From Raillietiella orientalis (lineage: Eukaryota): a DNA stretch of 64,000 nt. The DNA is taken from positions 1 to 64,000 of the forward strand of contig JAYWIR010000014.1 of assembly GCA_036172245.1 (NCBI GenBank), written 5' to 3'. The first letter of the stretch is position 1, and each line of letters starts with the position of its first letter. Made by a program: the position numbers and the translations under genes. The notes below the pieces were generated by a model, which saw only the letters and a list, made by a program, of their open reading frames with translations, ran no database searches and was not told the DNA's origin. Positions 15,101 through 28,419 of the stretch are shown piece by piece.

Positions 15101-18100
15101 ACTGCTTACCTTTGCTTTGTTAAATTCTGTATTGAGAACAATTATTTCACAGAATGTGGTCTCTTGCTTGCTTGCAAAAGCATGAATAGTTTGAAATTTT
15201 TTTCCTTGTCAAGTAAACTAATGTTGCACACCAAAGATAAGTTCTCTAGATTCATTGAATTTCAGAAAGGGAATACCATTTGCATGTGTTTCGAAATATG
15301 TTTGACAGTGCTTTAGCACTTTTGGGTTTTATTCCCGTACAAGGAAATTGCCGACGCCGACAGTGGAAGAGACAGGTAAGTGGAAACCAGAGATTTCGTA
15401 TCACTTTGGAATATCGTTTCAGCTGCTTAAGTTGGGGTGTACGGACGGGCCGCAAAACAATACACGGCCTTAGTTTCTTCTAATGTTCTCATAAAAAAAG
15501 CTGTGAACAATACTCACTGGGATATAACTTCAATCGGCATCAACGATGGACGGATACGTCGAGTTATTTGGAAACGCTTGCATGCAAATTAACATTTCAA
15601 CTTCTGGTCACTAATCACAACTTCGATATAAATTGTTTGTTCGGTTCAGAAGTGCTTAGAGAAAGACAAAAGAACAGATTTTTAAATGCATAGATTATGC
15701 TAATCAAAGTGTACGTTTAGTGGTGTGCAAGAAAAAGCAATTTCTCTTATGGATAAAAAGCATGATGCAGAGATATCCAATAAAAATCTCGACATCTATT
15801 GGGAAAGCATTTTAGAAAGCAACACCATTGGCGTTGGTTTGGTTGCCGAATTGACATCGAAACGAAATGTGGAACTGGTGCACTAACCTCAACGCGACGC
15901 TTGTGACAATTACATACTGCTGTAACCTCTAATCTGAATTGTAGTAGCAAGGTTGGAATTCTTAGAAGAGACATCTTCTGTCTCTTCACGTAGGCACCTC
16001 AGCAATTCATAACAAATCCAGTTCAAGATGATCAAAGCTGGTAGCAATGCTGCAAACGAAGGTAAACTATTCCTCTTTCTTTATATTGTTAATGACTTCT
16101 GGGCGGAATTTGTTCATTCGAGGAAATTGACATCTTTACTAGGCTTGGTTTCTTGTTGGAGGCTTATCGAAATGAGTGTTGCTAAATAGAGTATACATCT
16201 ACATAGTGCATACATTTGCTTTGAAAAATTGTGAATTGAGAACAATTGCGTTGCAGAATGTGGTCTCTTGCTTGCTTGTAAAAGCATAAATAGTTGGGAA
16301 TTTTATTCATTGTCAAGGAAACCAATGTTGCACACCAAAGGAGAATCCTTGAGATTCATCGTATTTCGGAAACGGAAGATATTTTTCATGTGTTTTTGAA
16401 AATATGTTCCCATCGCGGAAGGGCTTCCGGGCATAATTCATTTTCCAGAAAATCGCGTATGCCGACAATGGAAAAGAGAGGAAAGTGGAAACCAGAGATT
16501 TATGAACACTGGAATAACATGTCAAAAGTTCGAGTGGGTGCGTCTGAACAAGGGAAATGAGAATATAGGGGCTTCGTATCTTTTGCAGTTCTCATTCAAA
16601 AAACTGCACACAATACTCACTGGAATATAACCTCAATCGGCATCAACGATGGAACCCGTCGAGTTATTTGCAAACCCTTGCAAGCATTTTAACATTTCAA
16701 CTTCGAATCACATGTGACAACTGCGATATACGGAGTTTGTTAGGTTCACGAATGCTCAGAGAAGGACAGAACAACAGGTTTCGAAATCAATAGATGATGC
16801 TTTTTCTAGTTGTACGTTTATTGGTGTGCAAAGGAAAGTAATTTCTGTTTTGGATGAAACGCATGGAACAGAGCATTGCAGAAAAAATCCCGACATTATT
16901 TCAGAAACGCATTATAGAGGGGACCATATTTGGCGATGCTGTGGGTGCCCACTTGACATCGAAACGAAGTGTGCAACTGGTGCACTCACCTCAACGAGAC
17001 GATTGTGACAATTGCATACTGCTGAAACCTCTAAGCTAAATTGTAATAGAAAGGTTGGGATTCTTAGAAGAGACCTCTTATGTCTACTCACGTAGGCATC
17101 TCAGCACTTCACAACGGATTCTGTTCAAGATGATCAAAGCAGGGAGCAATGCTGCAAACAGTGGAGAGCCATTCCTCTTCCTCCATATTGTTGGAGAAAT
17201 GTGCGCGGAAATTGTTCATTCGAGGAAATTGACATATTTATTCGGCTTTGTTTTTTGTTGCTGTTTCATCGAAATGCGTGTTGCTCAAAAGAGTATCCAT
17301 CTGCATACTGCATACTTTTGCTCTGTAAAATTGTGAATTGAGGACAATTGTATTGCTGATTGTGGTCTCTTGCTTCATTGCAAAAGTATGAATCGTTTGA
17401 AATTTTATTCATTGTCAAGGAAACCAATGTTCCACACAGGATACCAATCATTGAGATTCACCGTGTTCCACAAACGGAAGATATTTTTCATGTGTTTTTA
17501 AAAATATGTTTGACTCAGCAAAAGGGCTTTCAGGTATAATTCGCTTACATGAAAATCGCCAATGCCGACAATACAAAAGAAAGCAAAGTGGCAACCATAG
17601 ATTTTTTGAAACACTGGAATGTCGTTTCAACTGTTTAAGTTTGAGCGTCATTGAAGACCAGAAGTCCATATAAGGGGTTCGTTGTTTTTGCTGTTCTCAT
17701 GCAAAGCAGCAGTACACAATACTCACCGGAATATAAATTCAATCGTCGTTAACAAACGAGGAATGCGTCGAGTTATTTGTAAAGACTCGCAAGCAAATTA
17801 ACATTTCAACTTCTGATCACATATGACAACTACGATATACGGAGTTTGTTTGGTTCAGGAGTGCTTAGAGAAGGACAAAACAACAGGTTTACAAATCAAT
17901 AGATGATGCTATTTCTAATTCTACCTTTAGTGGTGTGCAGAGGAAAGGAATTTCTGTTTTTAATGAAAGGCATGAAGCAGAGCATTACAAAAAAAATTTC
18001 GATATTATTTAAGAAACGTATTATAGAAGGGACCATAATTGGCGATGCTGTGGGTGCCGACTTGACATCGAAACGCAGTGTGCAACTGGTGCACTAACCT

Positions 18101-21100
18101 CAACGAGACGATTGTGACAATTGCATACTGCTGAAACCTCTAAGCTAAATTGTAATAGAATGGTTGGGATTCTTAGAAGGGACCTCTTATTTCTACTCAC
18201 GGAGGCATCTCAGCACTTCACAACGGATTCTGTTCAAGGTGATCAAAGCAGGGAGCAATGCTGGAAACAGTGGAGGGCCAATACTCTTCCTCCATATTGT
18301 TGGTGAATTGTGCGCGGAATTTTCTTCATTCGAGGAAAGTGACATCTTGAGTCATCTTTGTTTTTTCTTGCAGGTCCGTCCAAATGCGTGTTGCTCAAAA
18401 GGGCTTCCATCTCCATACTGCGTACTTTTGTTTTGTGAAATTGTAAATCTAGAACAATAGCGTTCTAGAATGTGGTCTCTTGATTGCATTGAAAAGAATC
18501 AAAAGTTTTGAATTTTCTTCATTCTCAAGGAAACCAGTGTTGCACACCAAAGACGAATCATTGAGATAAATCGTATTTCGGTAACGGAAGATATTTTGGC
18601 GTGTTCTTCGAAATATGTTTGACATTGCACAAGCACTTTTCGGTATTATTCGCGTACAAGGAAAGTGATGATGACGACAAAAGAAAAGAAAGGTAAGTGG
18701 AAGCCAGAGATTTGGTAACACAATGGAATATCGTGTCAACTGCTTGAATTGGGGATTGCGGAGGGGACGTAAGACGATATACGCGCTTCGTTTCTGCTGC
18801 TGTTCTCATAAAAAAAAGCTGTAAACAATATTCACTGGAATATAACCTCAATCGGCATCAAGGATGGAAGAATACGTCGAGTTATTTGCAAACACTTCCA
18901 AGCATTTTAACATTTCAACTTCTGATCACTAATGACAACTACAATATAAGGAGTTTGTTAGGTTCAGGAGTGCTTACAGAAGGACAAAACAACAGGTTTG
19001 CAAATGCATAGATGATGGTAATCAAAGTGTACGTTTAGTGGTGTGCAAGGAAAAGCAATTTCTGTTATGGATGAAAAGCATGATGCAGAGCTTTCCAATA
19101 AAAATCTCGACATCATTTGGGAAAACATTATAGAAAGCAACACCATTGGCGATGCTTTGATTGCCGAATTGACATCGAAACGAAATGTGGAACTGGTGCA
19201 CTAAGCTCAACGCGACGCTTGTGACAATTACATACTGCTGTAACCTCTAATCTAAATTGTAGTAGCAAGGTTGGAATTCTTAGAAGTGACATCTTCTGTC
19301 TCTTCACGTAGGCACCTCAGCACTTCATAACGGAATCAGTTCAAGATGATCAAATCAGGGAGCAATGCTGCGAACAGAGGAAAACTATTCCTCTTACTCC
19401 ATATTGTTCATGATTCTAAACGGAATTTTTTCATTCGAGGAAATTCACATCTTTAGTAGTCTTGCTTTTTTGTTCAAAGCTTATCGAAATGCGTGTCGCT
19501 AAATAGAGTATACATCTACAAACTCCATACATTTGCTTTGAAAAATTGTGAATTGAAAACAATTGCGTCGCAGAATGTGGTCTCTTGCTTACTTGTAAAA
19601 GCATAAATAGTTTGGAATTTTATTCATTGTCAAGGAAACCAATGTTCCACACAGGACACCAATCATTGAGATTCACCGTATTTCACAAACGGAAGATATT
19701 TTTCATGTATTTTTGAAAATATGTTTGACTCAGCAAAAGGGCTTTCACGTATAATTCGCTAACATGAAAATCGCCAATGCCGACAATGCAATAGAAAGCA
19801 AAGTGGCAACCATAGATTTTTTGAAACACTGGAATATCGTGTCAACTGTTTAAGTTTGAGCGTCCTTAAAGGCCAGAAGTTTATTTAAGGAGTTCGTTTT
19901 TTTTGCTGCTCTCATTCAAAGCAGCAGTACACAATACTCACCGGAATATAAATTCAATCGTCGTTAACAAACGAGGAATGCGTCGAGTTATTTGTAAAGA
20001 CTCGCAAGCAAATTAACATTTCAACTTCTGATCACATATGACAACTACAATATACGGAATTTGTTTGGTTCAGGAGTGCTTAGAGAAGGACAAAACAACA
20101 GGTTTACAAATCAATAGATAATGCTATTTCTAATTGTACGTTTAGATGTGTGCACAGGTAAGGATTTTCCGTTTTGCATGAAAGGCATGAAGCAGAGCAT
20201 TACAAAAAAAAATCCCGATTTTATTCAAGAAACGGATTATAGAAGGGACCACAATTGGCGATGCTGTGGGTGCCGACTTGACATCGAAACGAAGTGTGCA
20301 TCTGGTGCACTCACCTCAACGCGACGCTTGTGACAATTACATACTGCTGTAGCCTCTAGTCTAAATTGTAGTAGCAAGGTTGGAATTCTTAGAAGTGACA
20401 TCTTCTGTCTCTTCACGTAGGCACCTCAGCACTTCATAACGGATCCAGTTCAAGATGATCAAAGCAGGGAGCAATGCTGCAAACAGAGGAAAACTATTCC
20501 TCTTGCTCCATATTGTTCATGATTCTGGGCGAAATTTTTTCATTCGAGGAAATTCACATCTTTAGTAGTCTTGGTTTTTTGTTTAAAGCTTCTCGAAATG
20601 CGTGTCGCTAAATAGAGTATACATCTACATACTGCATACATTTGGTTTGGAAAATTGTGAATTGAGAACAATTGCGTTGCAGAATGTGGTCTCTTGCTTG
20701 CTTGTAAAAGCATAAATAGTTGGGAATTTTATTCATTGTCAAGGAAACCAATGTTGCACACCAAAGGAGAATCCTTGAGATTCATCGTTTTTCGAAAACG
20801 GAAGATATTTTTCATGTGTTTTTGAAAATATGTTCCCATCGAGGAAGGGCTTCCGGTTGTGATTCATTTACAAGAAAATCGCGTATGCCGACAATGGAAA
20901 AGAGAGGAAAGTGGAAACCAGAGATTTCTAAACACTGGAATAACACGTCAAAAGTTCAAGTGGGTGCGTCTGACCAATCGAAATAAGAATATACGGGCTT
21001 CGTATTTTTTGCAGTTCTCATTCAAAAAACTGTACACAATACTCAGTGGAATATAACCTCAATCGGCATCAACGATGGAAGAATCCCTCGGGTTATTTGC

Positions 21101-24100
21101 AAACACTTGCAAGCATTTTAATATTTCAACTTCATGTCACATGTGACAACTGCGATATACGGAGTTTGTTAGGTTCACGAATGCTCAGAGAATTACAAAA
21201 CAACTGGTTTGGAAATAGATAGATGATGCTATTTCCAATTGTACGTTTAATGGTGTGCAAAGGAAATTAATTTCGGTTTTGGATGAAACGCATGGAACAG
21301 AGCATTAAAGAAAAAATCCTGATATTATTTAAGAAACGCATTATGCAAGGGACCACAATTGGCGATGCTGTGGGTGCCCACTTGACATCGAAACGAAGTG
21401 TGCAACTGGTGCACTCACCTCAACGAGACGATTGTGACAATTGCATACTGCTGAAATCTCGAAAGTGAATTGTAATAGAAAAGTTGGGTTTCTTAGAAGA
21501 GACCTCTTATGTGTAATCACGTAGGCATTCCTGCATTTCACGACGGATTCAGTTCAACATCATCAAAGCAGAGGGCATTGCTGCAAACAGTGGAGAGCTA
21601 TTCCTTTTCCTCCATATTGTTGGTGAATTTTTCGCGGAATTTGTCCATTCGAGGAAATTGACATTTTTGGTTGGCTTTGTTTCTTGTTGCAGGCTGATCG
21701 AAATGCGTTTTGCTTAAAAGAGTATTTATCTGCATACTGCTTACCTTTGCTTTGTTAAATTCTGTATTGAGAACAATTATTTCACAGAATGTGGTCTCTT
21801 GCTTGCTTGCAAAAGCATGAATAGTTTGAAATTTTTTTCCTTGTCAAGTAAACTAATGTTGCACACCAAAGATAAGTTCTCTAGATTCATTGAATTTCAG
21901 AAAGGGAATACCATTTGCATGTGTTTCGAAATATGTTTGACAGTGCTTTTGCACTTTTGGGTTTTATTCCCGTACAAGGAAATTGCCGACGCCGACAATG
22001 GAAGAGACAGCTAAGTGGAAACCAGAGATTTCGTATCACTTTGGAATATCGTTTCAGCTGCTTAAGTTGGGGTGTACGGACGGGCCGCAAAACAATACAC
22101 GGCCTTAGTTTCTTCTAATGTTCTCATAAAAAAAGCTGTGAACAATACTCACTGGGATATAACTTCAATCGGCATCAACGATGGACGGATACGTCGAGTT
22201 ATTTGGAAACGCTTGCATGCAAATTAACATTTCAACTTCTGGTCACTAATCACAACTTCGATATAAATTGTTTGTTCGGTTCAGAAGTGCTTAGAGAAAG
22301 ACAAAAGAACAGATTTTTAAATGCATAGATTATGCTAATCAAAGTGTACGTTTAGTGGTGTGCAAGAAAAAGCAATTTCTCTTATGGATAAAAAGCATGA
22401 TGCAGAGATATCCAATAAAAATCTCGACATCTATTGGGAAAGCATTTTAGAAAGCAACACCATTGGCGTTGGTTTGGTTGCCGAATTGACATCGAAACGA
22501 AATGTGGAACTGGTGCACTAACCTCAACGCGACGCTTGTGACAATTACATACTGCTGTAACCTCTAATCTGAATTGTAGTAGCAAGGTTGGAATTCTTAG
22601 AAGAGACATCTTCTGTCTCTTCACGTAGGCACCTCAGCAATTCATAACAAATCCAGTTCAAGATGATCAAAGCTGGTAGCAATGCTGCAAACGAAGGTAA
22701 ACTATTCCTCTTTCTTTATATTGTTAATGACTTCTGGGCGGAATTTGTTCATTCGAGGAAATTGACATCTTTACTAGGCTTGGTTTCTTGTTGGAGGCTT
22801 ATCGAAATGAGTGTTGCTAAATAGAGTATACATCTACATAGTGCATACATTTGCTTTGAAAAATTGTGAATTGAGAACAATTGCGTTGCAGAATGTGGTC
22901 TCTTGCTTGCTTGTAAAAGCATAAATAGTTGGGAATTTTATTCATTGTCAAGGAAACCAATGTTGCACACCAAAGGAGAATCCTTGAGATTCATCGTATT
23001 TCGGAAACGGAAGATATTTTTCATGTGTTTTTGAAAATATGTTCCCATCGCGGAAGGGCTTCCGGGCATAATTCATTTTCCAGAAAATCGCGTATGCCGA
23101 CAATGGAAAAGAGAGGAAAGTGGAAACCAGAGATTTATGAACACTGGAATAACATGTCAAAAGTTCGAGTGGGTGCGTCTGACCAAGGGAAATGAGAATA
23201 TAGGGGCTTCGTATCTTTTGCAGTTCTCATTCAAAAAACTGCACACAATACTCACTGGAATATAACCTCAATCGGCATCAACGATGGAACCCGTCGAGTT
23301 ATTTGCAAACCCTTGCAAGCATTTTAACATTTCAACTTCGAATCACATGTGACAACTGCGATATACGGAGTTTGTTAGGTTCACGAATGCTCAGAGAAGG
23401 ACAGAACAACAGGTTTCGAAATCAATAGATGATGCTTTTTCTAGTTGTACGTTTAGTGGTGTGCAAAGGAAAGTAATTTCTGTTTTGGATGAAACGCATG
23501 GAACAGAGCATTGCAGAAAAAATCCCGACATTATTTCAGAAACGCATTATAGAGGGGACCATATTTGGCGATGCTGTGGGTGCCCACTTGACATCGAAAC
23601 GAAGTGTGCAACTGGTGCACTCACCTCAACGAGACGATTGTGACAATTGCATACTGCTGAAACCTCTAAGCTAAATTGTAATAGAAAGGTTGGGATTCTT
23701 AGAAGAGACCTCTTATGTCTACTCACGTAGGCATCTCAGCACTTCACAACGGATTCTGTTCAAGATGATCAAAGCAGGGAGCAATGCTGCAAACAGTGGA
23801 GAGCCATTCCTCTTCCTCCATATTGTTGGAGAAATGTGCGCGGAAATTGTTCATTCGAGGAAATTGACATATTTATTCGGCTTTGTTTTTTGTTGCTGTT
23901 TCATCGAAATGCGTGTTGCTCAAAAGAGTATCCATCTGCATACTGCATACTTTTGCTTTGTAAAATTGTGAATTGAGGACAATTGTATTGCTGATTGTGG
24001 TCTCTTGCTTGATTGCAAAAGTATGAATCGTTTGAAATTTTATTCATTGTCAAGGAAACCAATGTTCCACACAGGATACCAATCATTGAGATTCACCGTG

Positions 24101-24700
24101 TTCCACAAACGGAAGATATTTTTCATGTGTTTTTGAAAATATGTTTGACTCAGCAAAAGGGCTTTCAGTTATAATTCGCTTACATGAAAATCGCCAATGC
24201 CGACAATACAAAAGAAAGCAAAGTGGCAACCATAGATTTTTTGAAACACTGGAATATCGTTTCAACTGTTTAAGTTTGAGCGTCATTGAAGACCAGAAGT
24301 CCATATAAGGGGTTCGTTGTTTTTGCTGTTCTCATGCAAAGCAGCAGTACACAATACTCACCGGAATATAAATTCAATCGTCGTTAACAAACGAGGAATG
24401 CGTCGAGTTATTTGTAAAGACTCGCAAGCAAATTAACATTTCAACTTCTGATCACATATGACAACTACGATATACGGAGTTTGTTTGGTTCAGGAGTGCT
24501 TAGAGAAAAACAAAACAACAGGTTTACAAATCAATAGATGATGCTATTTATAATTCTACCTTTAGTGGTGTGCAGAGGAAAGGAATTTCTGTTTTTAATG
24601 AAAGGCATGAAGCAGAGCATTACAAAAAAAATTTCGATATTATTTAAGAAACGTATTATAGAAGGGACCATAATTGGCGATGCTGTGGGTGCCAACTTGA
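12129..24700. repeat. Hexameric higher-order repeat (A-B-D-E-F-G, 6,635 bp, ~2 copies)
   Basis: There is an exact 6,635 offset between anchors 15519/22154, 16622/23257 and 17728/24363. The same offset holds for ORF pairs 14648/21283, 15252/21887, 15747/22382, 16294/22929, 17055/23690, 17448/24083 and 17903/24538. Confidence 0.95.
14382..14497 (+). repeat. Perfect 58-bp tandem duplication inside one monomer
   Basis: ATGGAAGAATCCCTCGGG...ATTTCAACTT occurs at 14382-14439 and again at 14440-14497. This monomer is 1,164 bp, versus 1,106 bp for its hexamer partner at 21048. Confidence 0.95.
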
Positions 24701-26297
24701 CATCGAAACGAAGTGTGCAACTGGTGCACTCACCTCAGCGAGACGACTGTGACAATTGCATACTGCTGAAATCTCGAAAGTGAATTGTAATAGAAAGTTT
24801 GGTATTCCTAGAAGAGACCTGTTATGTGTAATCACGTAGGCATTCCTGCATTTCACGACGGATTCAGTTCAACATCAGCAAAGCAGAGAGCATTGCTGCA
24901 AACAGTGGAGAGCCATTCCTTTTTCTCCATATTGTTGGTGAATTGTGCGCGGAATTTGTTCATTCGAGGAAATTGACATATTTGGTTGGCTTTGTTTTTT
25001 GTTGCAGGCTCATCGAAATGCGTGTCGCTCAAAAGAGTATTTATCTGCATACTGTTTACCTTTGCTTTGTTAAATTCTGTATTAAGGACAATCATTTTAC
25101 AGAATGTGGTCTCTTGCTTGCTTGCAAAAGCATGAATAGTTTGAAATTTTTTTCCTTGTCAAGTAAACTAATGTTGCACACCAAAGATAAGTTCTTGAGA
25201 TTCATCGAATTTCAGAAACGGAATACCATTTCGCATGTGTTTCGAAATATGTTTGACAGTGCTTTAGCACTTTTGGGTTTTATTCGCGTACAAGGAAATT
25301 GCCGACGCCGACAATGGAAGAGACAGCTAAGTGGAAACCAGAGATTTCGTATCACTTTGGAATATCGTTCCAGCTGCTTAAGTTGGGACGTCCGGACAGG
25401 CCGTGAAACAATACGCGGGCTTTGTTGCTTTTAATGTTCTCATAAAAAATGCTGTAAACAATACTCACTGGAATATAACTTCAATCGGCATCAACGATGA
25501 ACGGATATGTCGAGTTATTTGGAAACGCTTGCAAGCAAATTAACATTTCAACTTCTGATCAATGTGACAACTGCGATGTAGGGAGTTGGACAGGTTTAGG
25601 AGTGCTTATAGAAGGACAAAACAACAGCTTTGCAAATCCATAGGTGATGCTTATCCAAAGTGTTCGTTTAGTGGTTTGCAAAGAAAAGCAATTTCTGTTA
25701 TGGATGAACGTTATGATGTAGAGCATTACGAGAAAACTCGCGTCATTGTTTGAGAAACTTATTCTAGAAAGGACCTCTATTGGTTATGCAGTGGGTGCCG
25801 AATTGACATCTAAACGAAATGTGCAACTGGTGCACACACCTCAACGAGACGCTTGTGACAATTACATACTGTTGAAATCTCGAAAGTGAATTGAAGTAGC
25901 AAGGTTGGTATTCTGAAAAGGGACTTCTTATGTCTAATCACGTAGGCATTTCTGCAGTTCACAACGGACTCAGTTTAAGATGATCAAAGCAGAGAGCAAT
26001 GCTGCTAACAGTGGAGAGCCATTCCTCTTCCTCCATATTTTTGGGTTATTTTGCACGGAATTTGTTCATTCGAGGAAATTGACATCTTTAGTCGGCTTTG
26101 TTTTTTGTTGCGGGCTCATCGAAATGCGTGTTGCTCAAAAGAGTATCCATCTGCATACTGCATACTTTTGCTTTGTAAAATTGTGTATTGAGAACAACTG
26201 CGTTGCAGACTATGGTTTGTTATTTGCTTGCAAAAGCGTGAATAGTTTGAAATTTCTTTCCTTGTCAAGGAAACCAATGTTGCACACCAAAGATTAA
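24364..26297 (+). pseudogene. Decayed LRR-like coding frame within the array monomer (best preserved in the terminal units)
   Basis: The frame from 24364 runs through the whole 1,107-bp monomer with only 6 stops. It gives RIIEGTIIGDAVGANLTSKRSVQLVH and RKLTYLVGFVFCCRLIEMRVAQ. The last unit (ORF 25980-26297) gives FVKLCIENNCVADYGLLFACKSVNSLKFLSLS, which fits LxxLxLxxNxIxDxGLxxLxxxxxxLxxLxL. Confidence 0.5.
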
Positions 26298-28419
26298 TCA
26301 TTGAGATTCATCGTGTTTCACAAACGGAAGATATTTTTCTTGCGTTTTTTGAAATATGTTTGATACTGCGGAAGGTCTTTCGGGTTTAGTTCACTTACAA
26401 GAAAATTGCCGATGCCGGCAATGCAAAAGAGAGGAAATTGGAAGCCAGAGATTTTTGAACACTGGAATAACATGTCAAGAGTTCGAGTAAGAGGGTCTGA
26501 AGAAGCAAAAAGAGGATACTGGGGCTCCGTTTATTTTGCTGTTCTTATTCAAAAAAGCTGTACACAATACTCATTGGAATATAAATTCAATCGGCATTAA
26601 CAAAGGAAGAATACGTCCAGTTGGATTAACATGGATAGAGCAAGCTTATCAAGAAACCTTTTATGATGCTGTCCGGCCTCTATATTGATTGTATCACCTA
26701 TTTTACGAACTTTGACGCACTCTGTATCGTTGAGATTCAAGAAAATTGCAATAACTAACGAAATCGGCTTAAGTTCTAGGATGCAAAAGAACGATCTTTT
26801 TTTGCATGCCACTCAAACATAAGCATGCATGCAAGGCAAACCAATTACTATGTGGATTACAGATTTCGTTCTCTTTCTACGATCGAGCCTAAGCGGAGAC
26901 GAGCAAGTAAAAGCACATGGCGACTGCATGTTTTTGGTAATTTTAAGACTGCGATGATGCATACTAAAAGTCACGATAGTTCTGGGTAGAAAATGACTGG
27001 AGGGGACTCACTGTTTCGAAAAAGCAAACTCACGTGTATGTCAGGAATGTTCACTGTACATTCGATTGTGTAGTGGTAGTTGCTCACTTGTGCACCTCTT
27101 GAAACACAGTGAATCACGGTTGCTCAATACACTTATTCTGAACACCTTTAGGAAGTTTACGTGCTCCAAATGAAAAGGAATACTTTTAAATCAATTCAGT
27201 TGACATTTTTGGTAACATTTAGGGTGTACCATCTGATGTCGCCTGGAATCTTACAAACAATATGAGAGAAGATTGTGCGGTTTTGTATTTCAAAATGGTG
27301 CACAGTGCCGCACTGCTATCCACCTGAAGGTTGTTTGGTATGAGAACTTTTTCCCTTGTCATTAAAACAGTCGTATCCATGGTGAGGAGAACACGCGAGA
27401 ATGCCTTCAATCATTCATTTCTTTTTTTGAAAACACACCCTCGTGTACAGAATCAAGAGCTTTGGAGAAAAATGCGTAAGCATCTAATTAGTCATTCATT
27501 TTTGTGCGGCAACATTACCTTATCAATGCGTTTTACTTCCATGCGAGATTACTGCCTGCGTTCTTTACTTTTAAAATTTGTAAAGCATGCTCTTTTCATT
27601 CATCGTTAGTGTCAACTCAAAATGTAATGAATGAATGTCTGCTGTGTACCACAAACACTTTTGAATCGAAAAAGATGGACATTTCGTTCATACCCAAGCA
27701 TCAGCAGAAAATCCACGTACGTGATTTCCAGCGAAGAGATTTCCATTCTATTTTAAATTAGTTCTCCGTATCCTGCTGCAAATGCAACGAGCGTATTAAA
27801 ACTTTTACGTGATTCAGGTGTCAGTTATCCACTAATGTTGCATTCAGAATAATTCTGAACAGCAGCCGATAAGAGTAGATTCCGAAGATGGTTTCGCATA
27901 CATTCTTTTCCGCATGTCACTCAATTATCCGTTTCCAAGGATAAAATTTGTTCAAATGTAGTTTTCAAGACCTGCCTTTTTCTGGGAACGCAGTGAGCGA
28001 GACACACTCAACGGAATCGCTATTCTTTGCAACTGTTGAAAATGGTACATGCTTTGGAGTTGCCAATTTGCGATCTTCGAAAACGAGCATTATGGAAGTA
28101 GGATAAGAGCAGATTTTCTATCTTGCATGAACATTTATGTTGCGTTCTGTTTGGACATACGGAGGTCAATTCGAACGCTTGGTTGTAGTTGTGTGTTTTC
28201 AACTTTAAGTTTACCTGGTTTCGAAGATTTGTGCATTTTCTGCGCACTTTGGTAATCATAGAAAGCATGCGACACGCATTTCACATCTGGGATGTCCTAT
28301 TCAGCTTACCTGAAATTTTTGAGAAATAGAGGTGTGTATCCAATCAGTTTTCTTGAATTTGTTCATCCCTTTTGTGGGATCAATGTTCGCTATAGAAATT
28401 GAGGAGAATTGCGGTTAGT

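Larger units (their letters stand above)
1..26622. repeat. Tandem macrosatellite-like array, monomer ~1,106 bp, 24 complete units; continues beyond the left edge of the window
   Basis: The anchor GGAATATAA(CCTC/ATTC)AATCG, or a close variant, recurs at 25, 1130, ~2222, 3313, 4418, 5518, 6623, 7728, 8833, 9935, 11027, 12129, 13259, 14355, 15519, 16622, 17728, 18837, 19943, 21048, 22154, 23257, 24363, 25470 and 26576. Similarity stops at ~26622. The ORF track repeats the same short peptides at this period. Confidence 0.98.

Noticed and set aside
210..24304. Dozens of recurring 60-130 aa ORFs on both strands in the array
   Set aside because: They recur only because the DNA is repeated. Endpoints vary between copies and none is a complete gene.
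1..26622. CRISPR array or rDNA/histone/5S tandem cluster
   Set aside because: There is no short repeat-unique spacer structure, and I recognise no rRNA, snRNA or histone sequence in the monomer.
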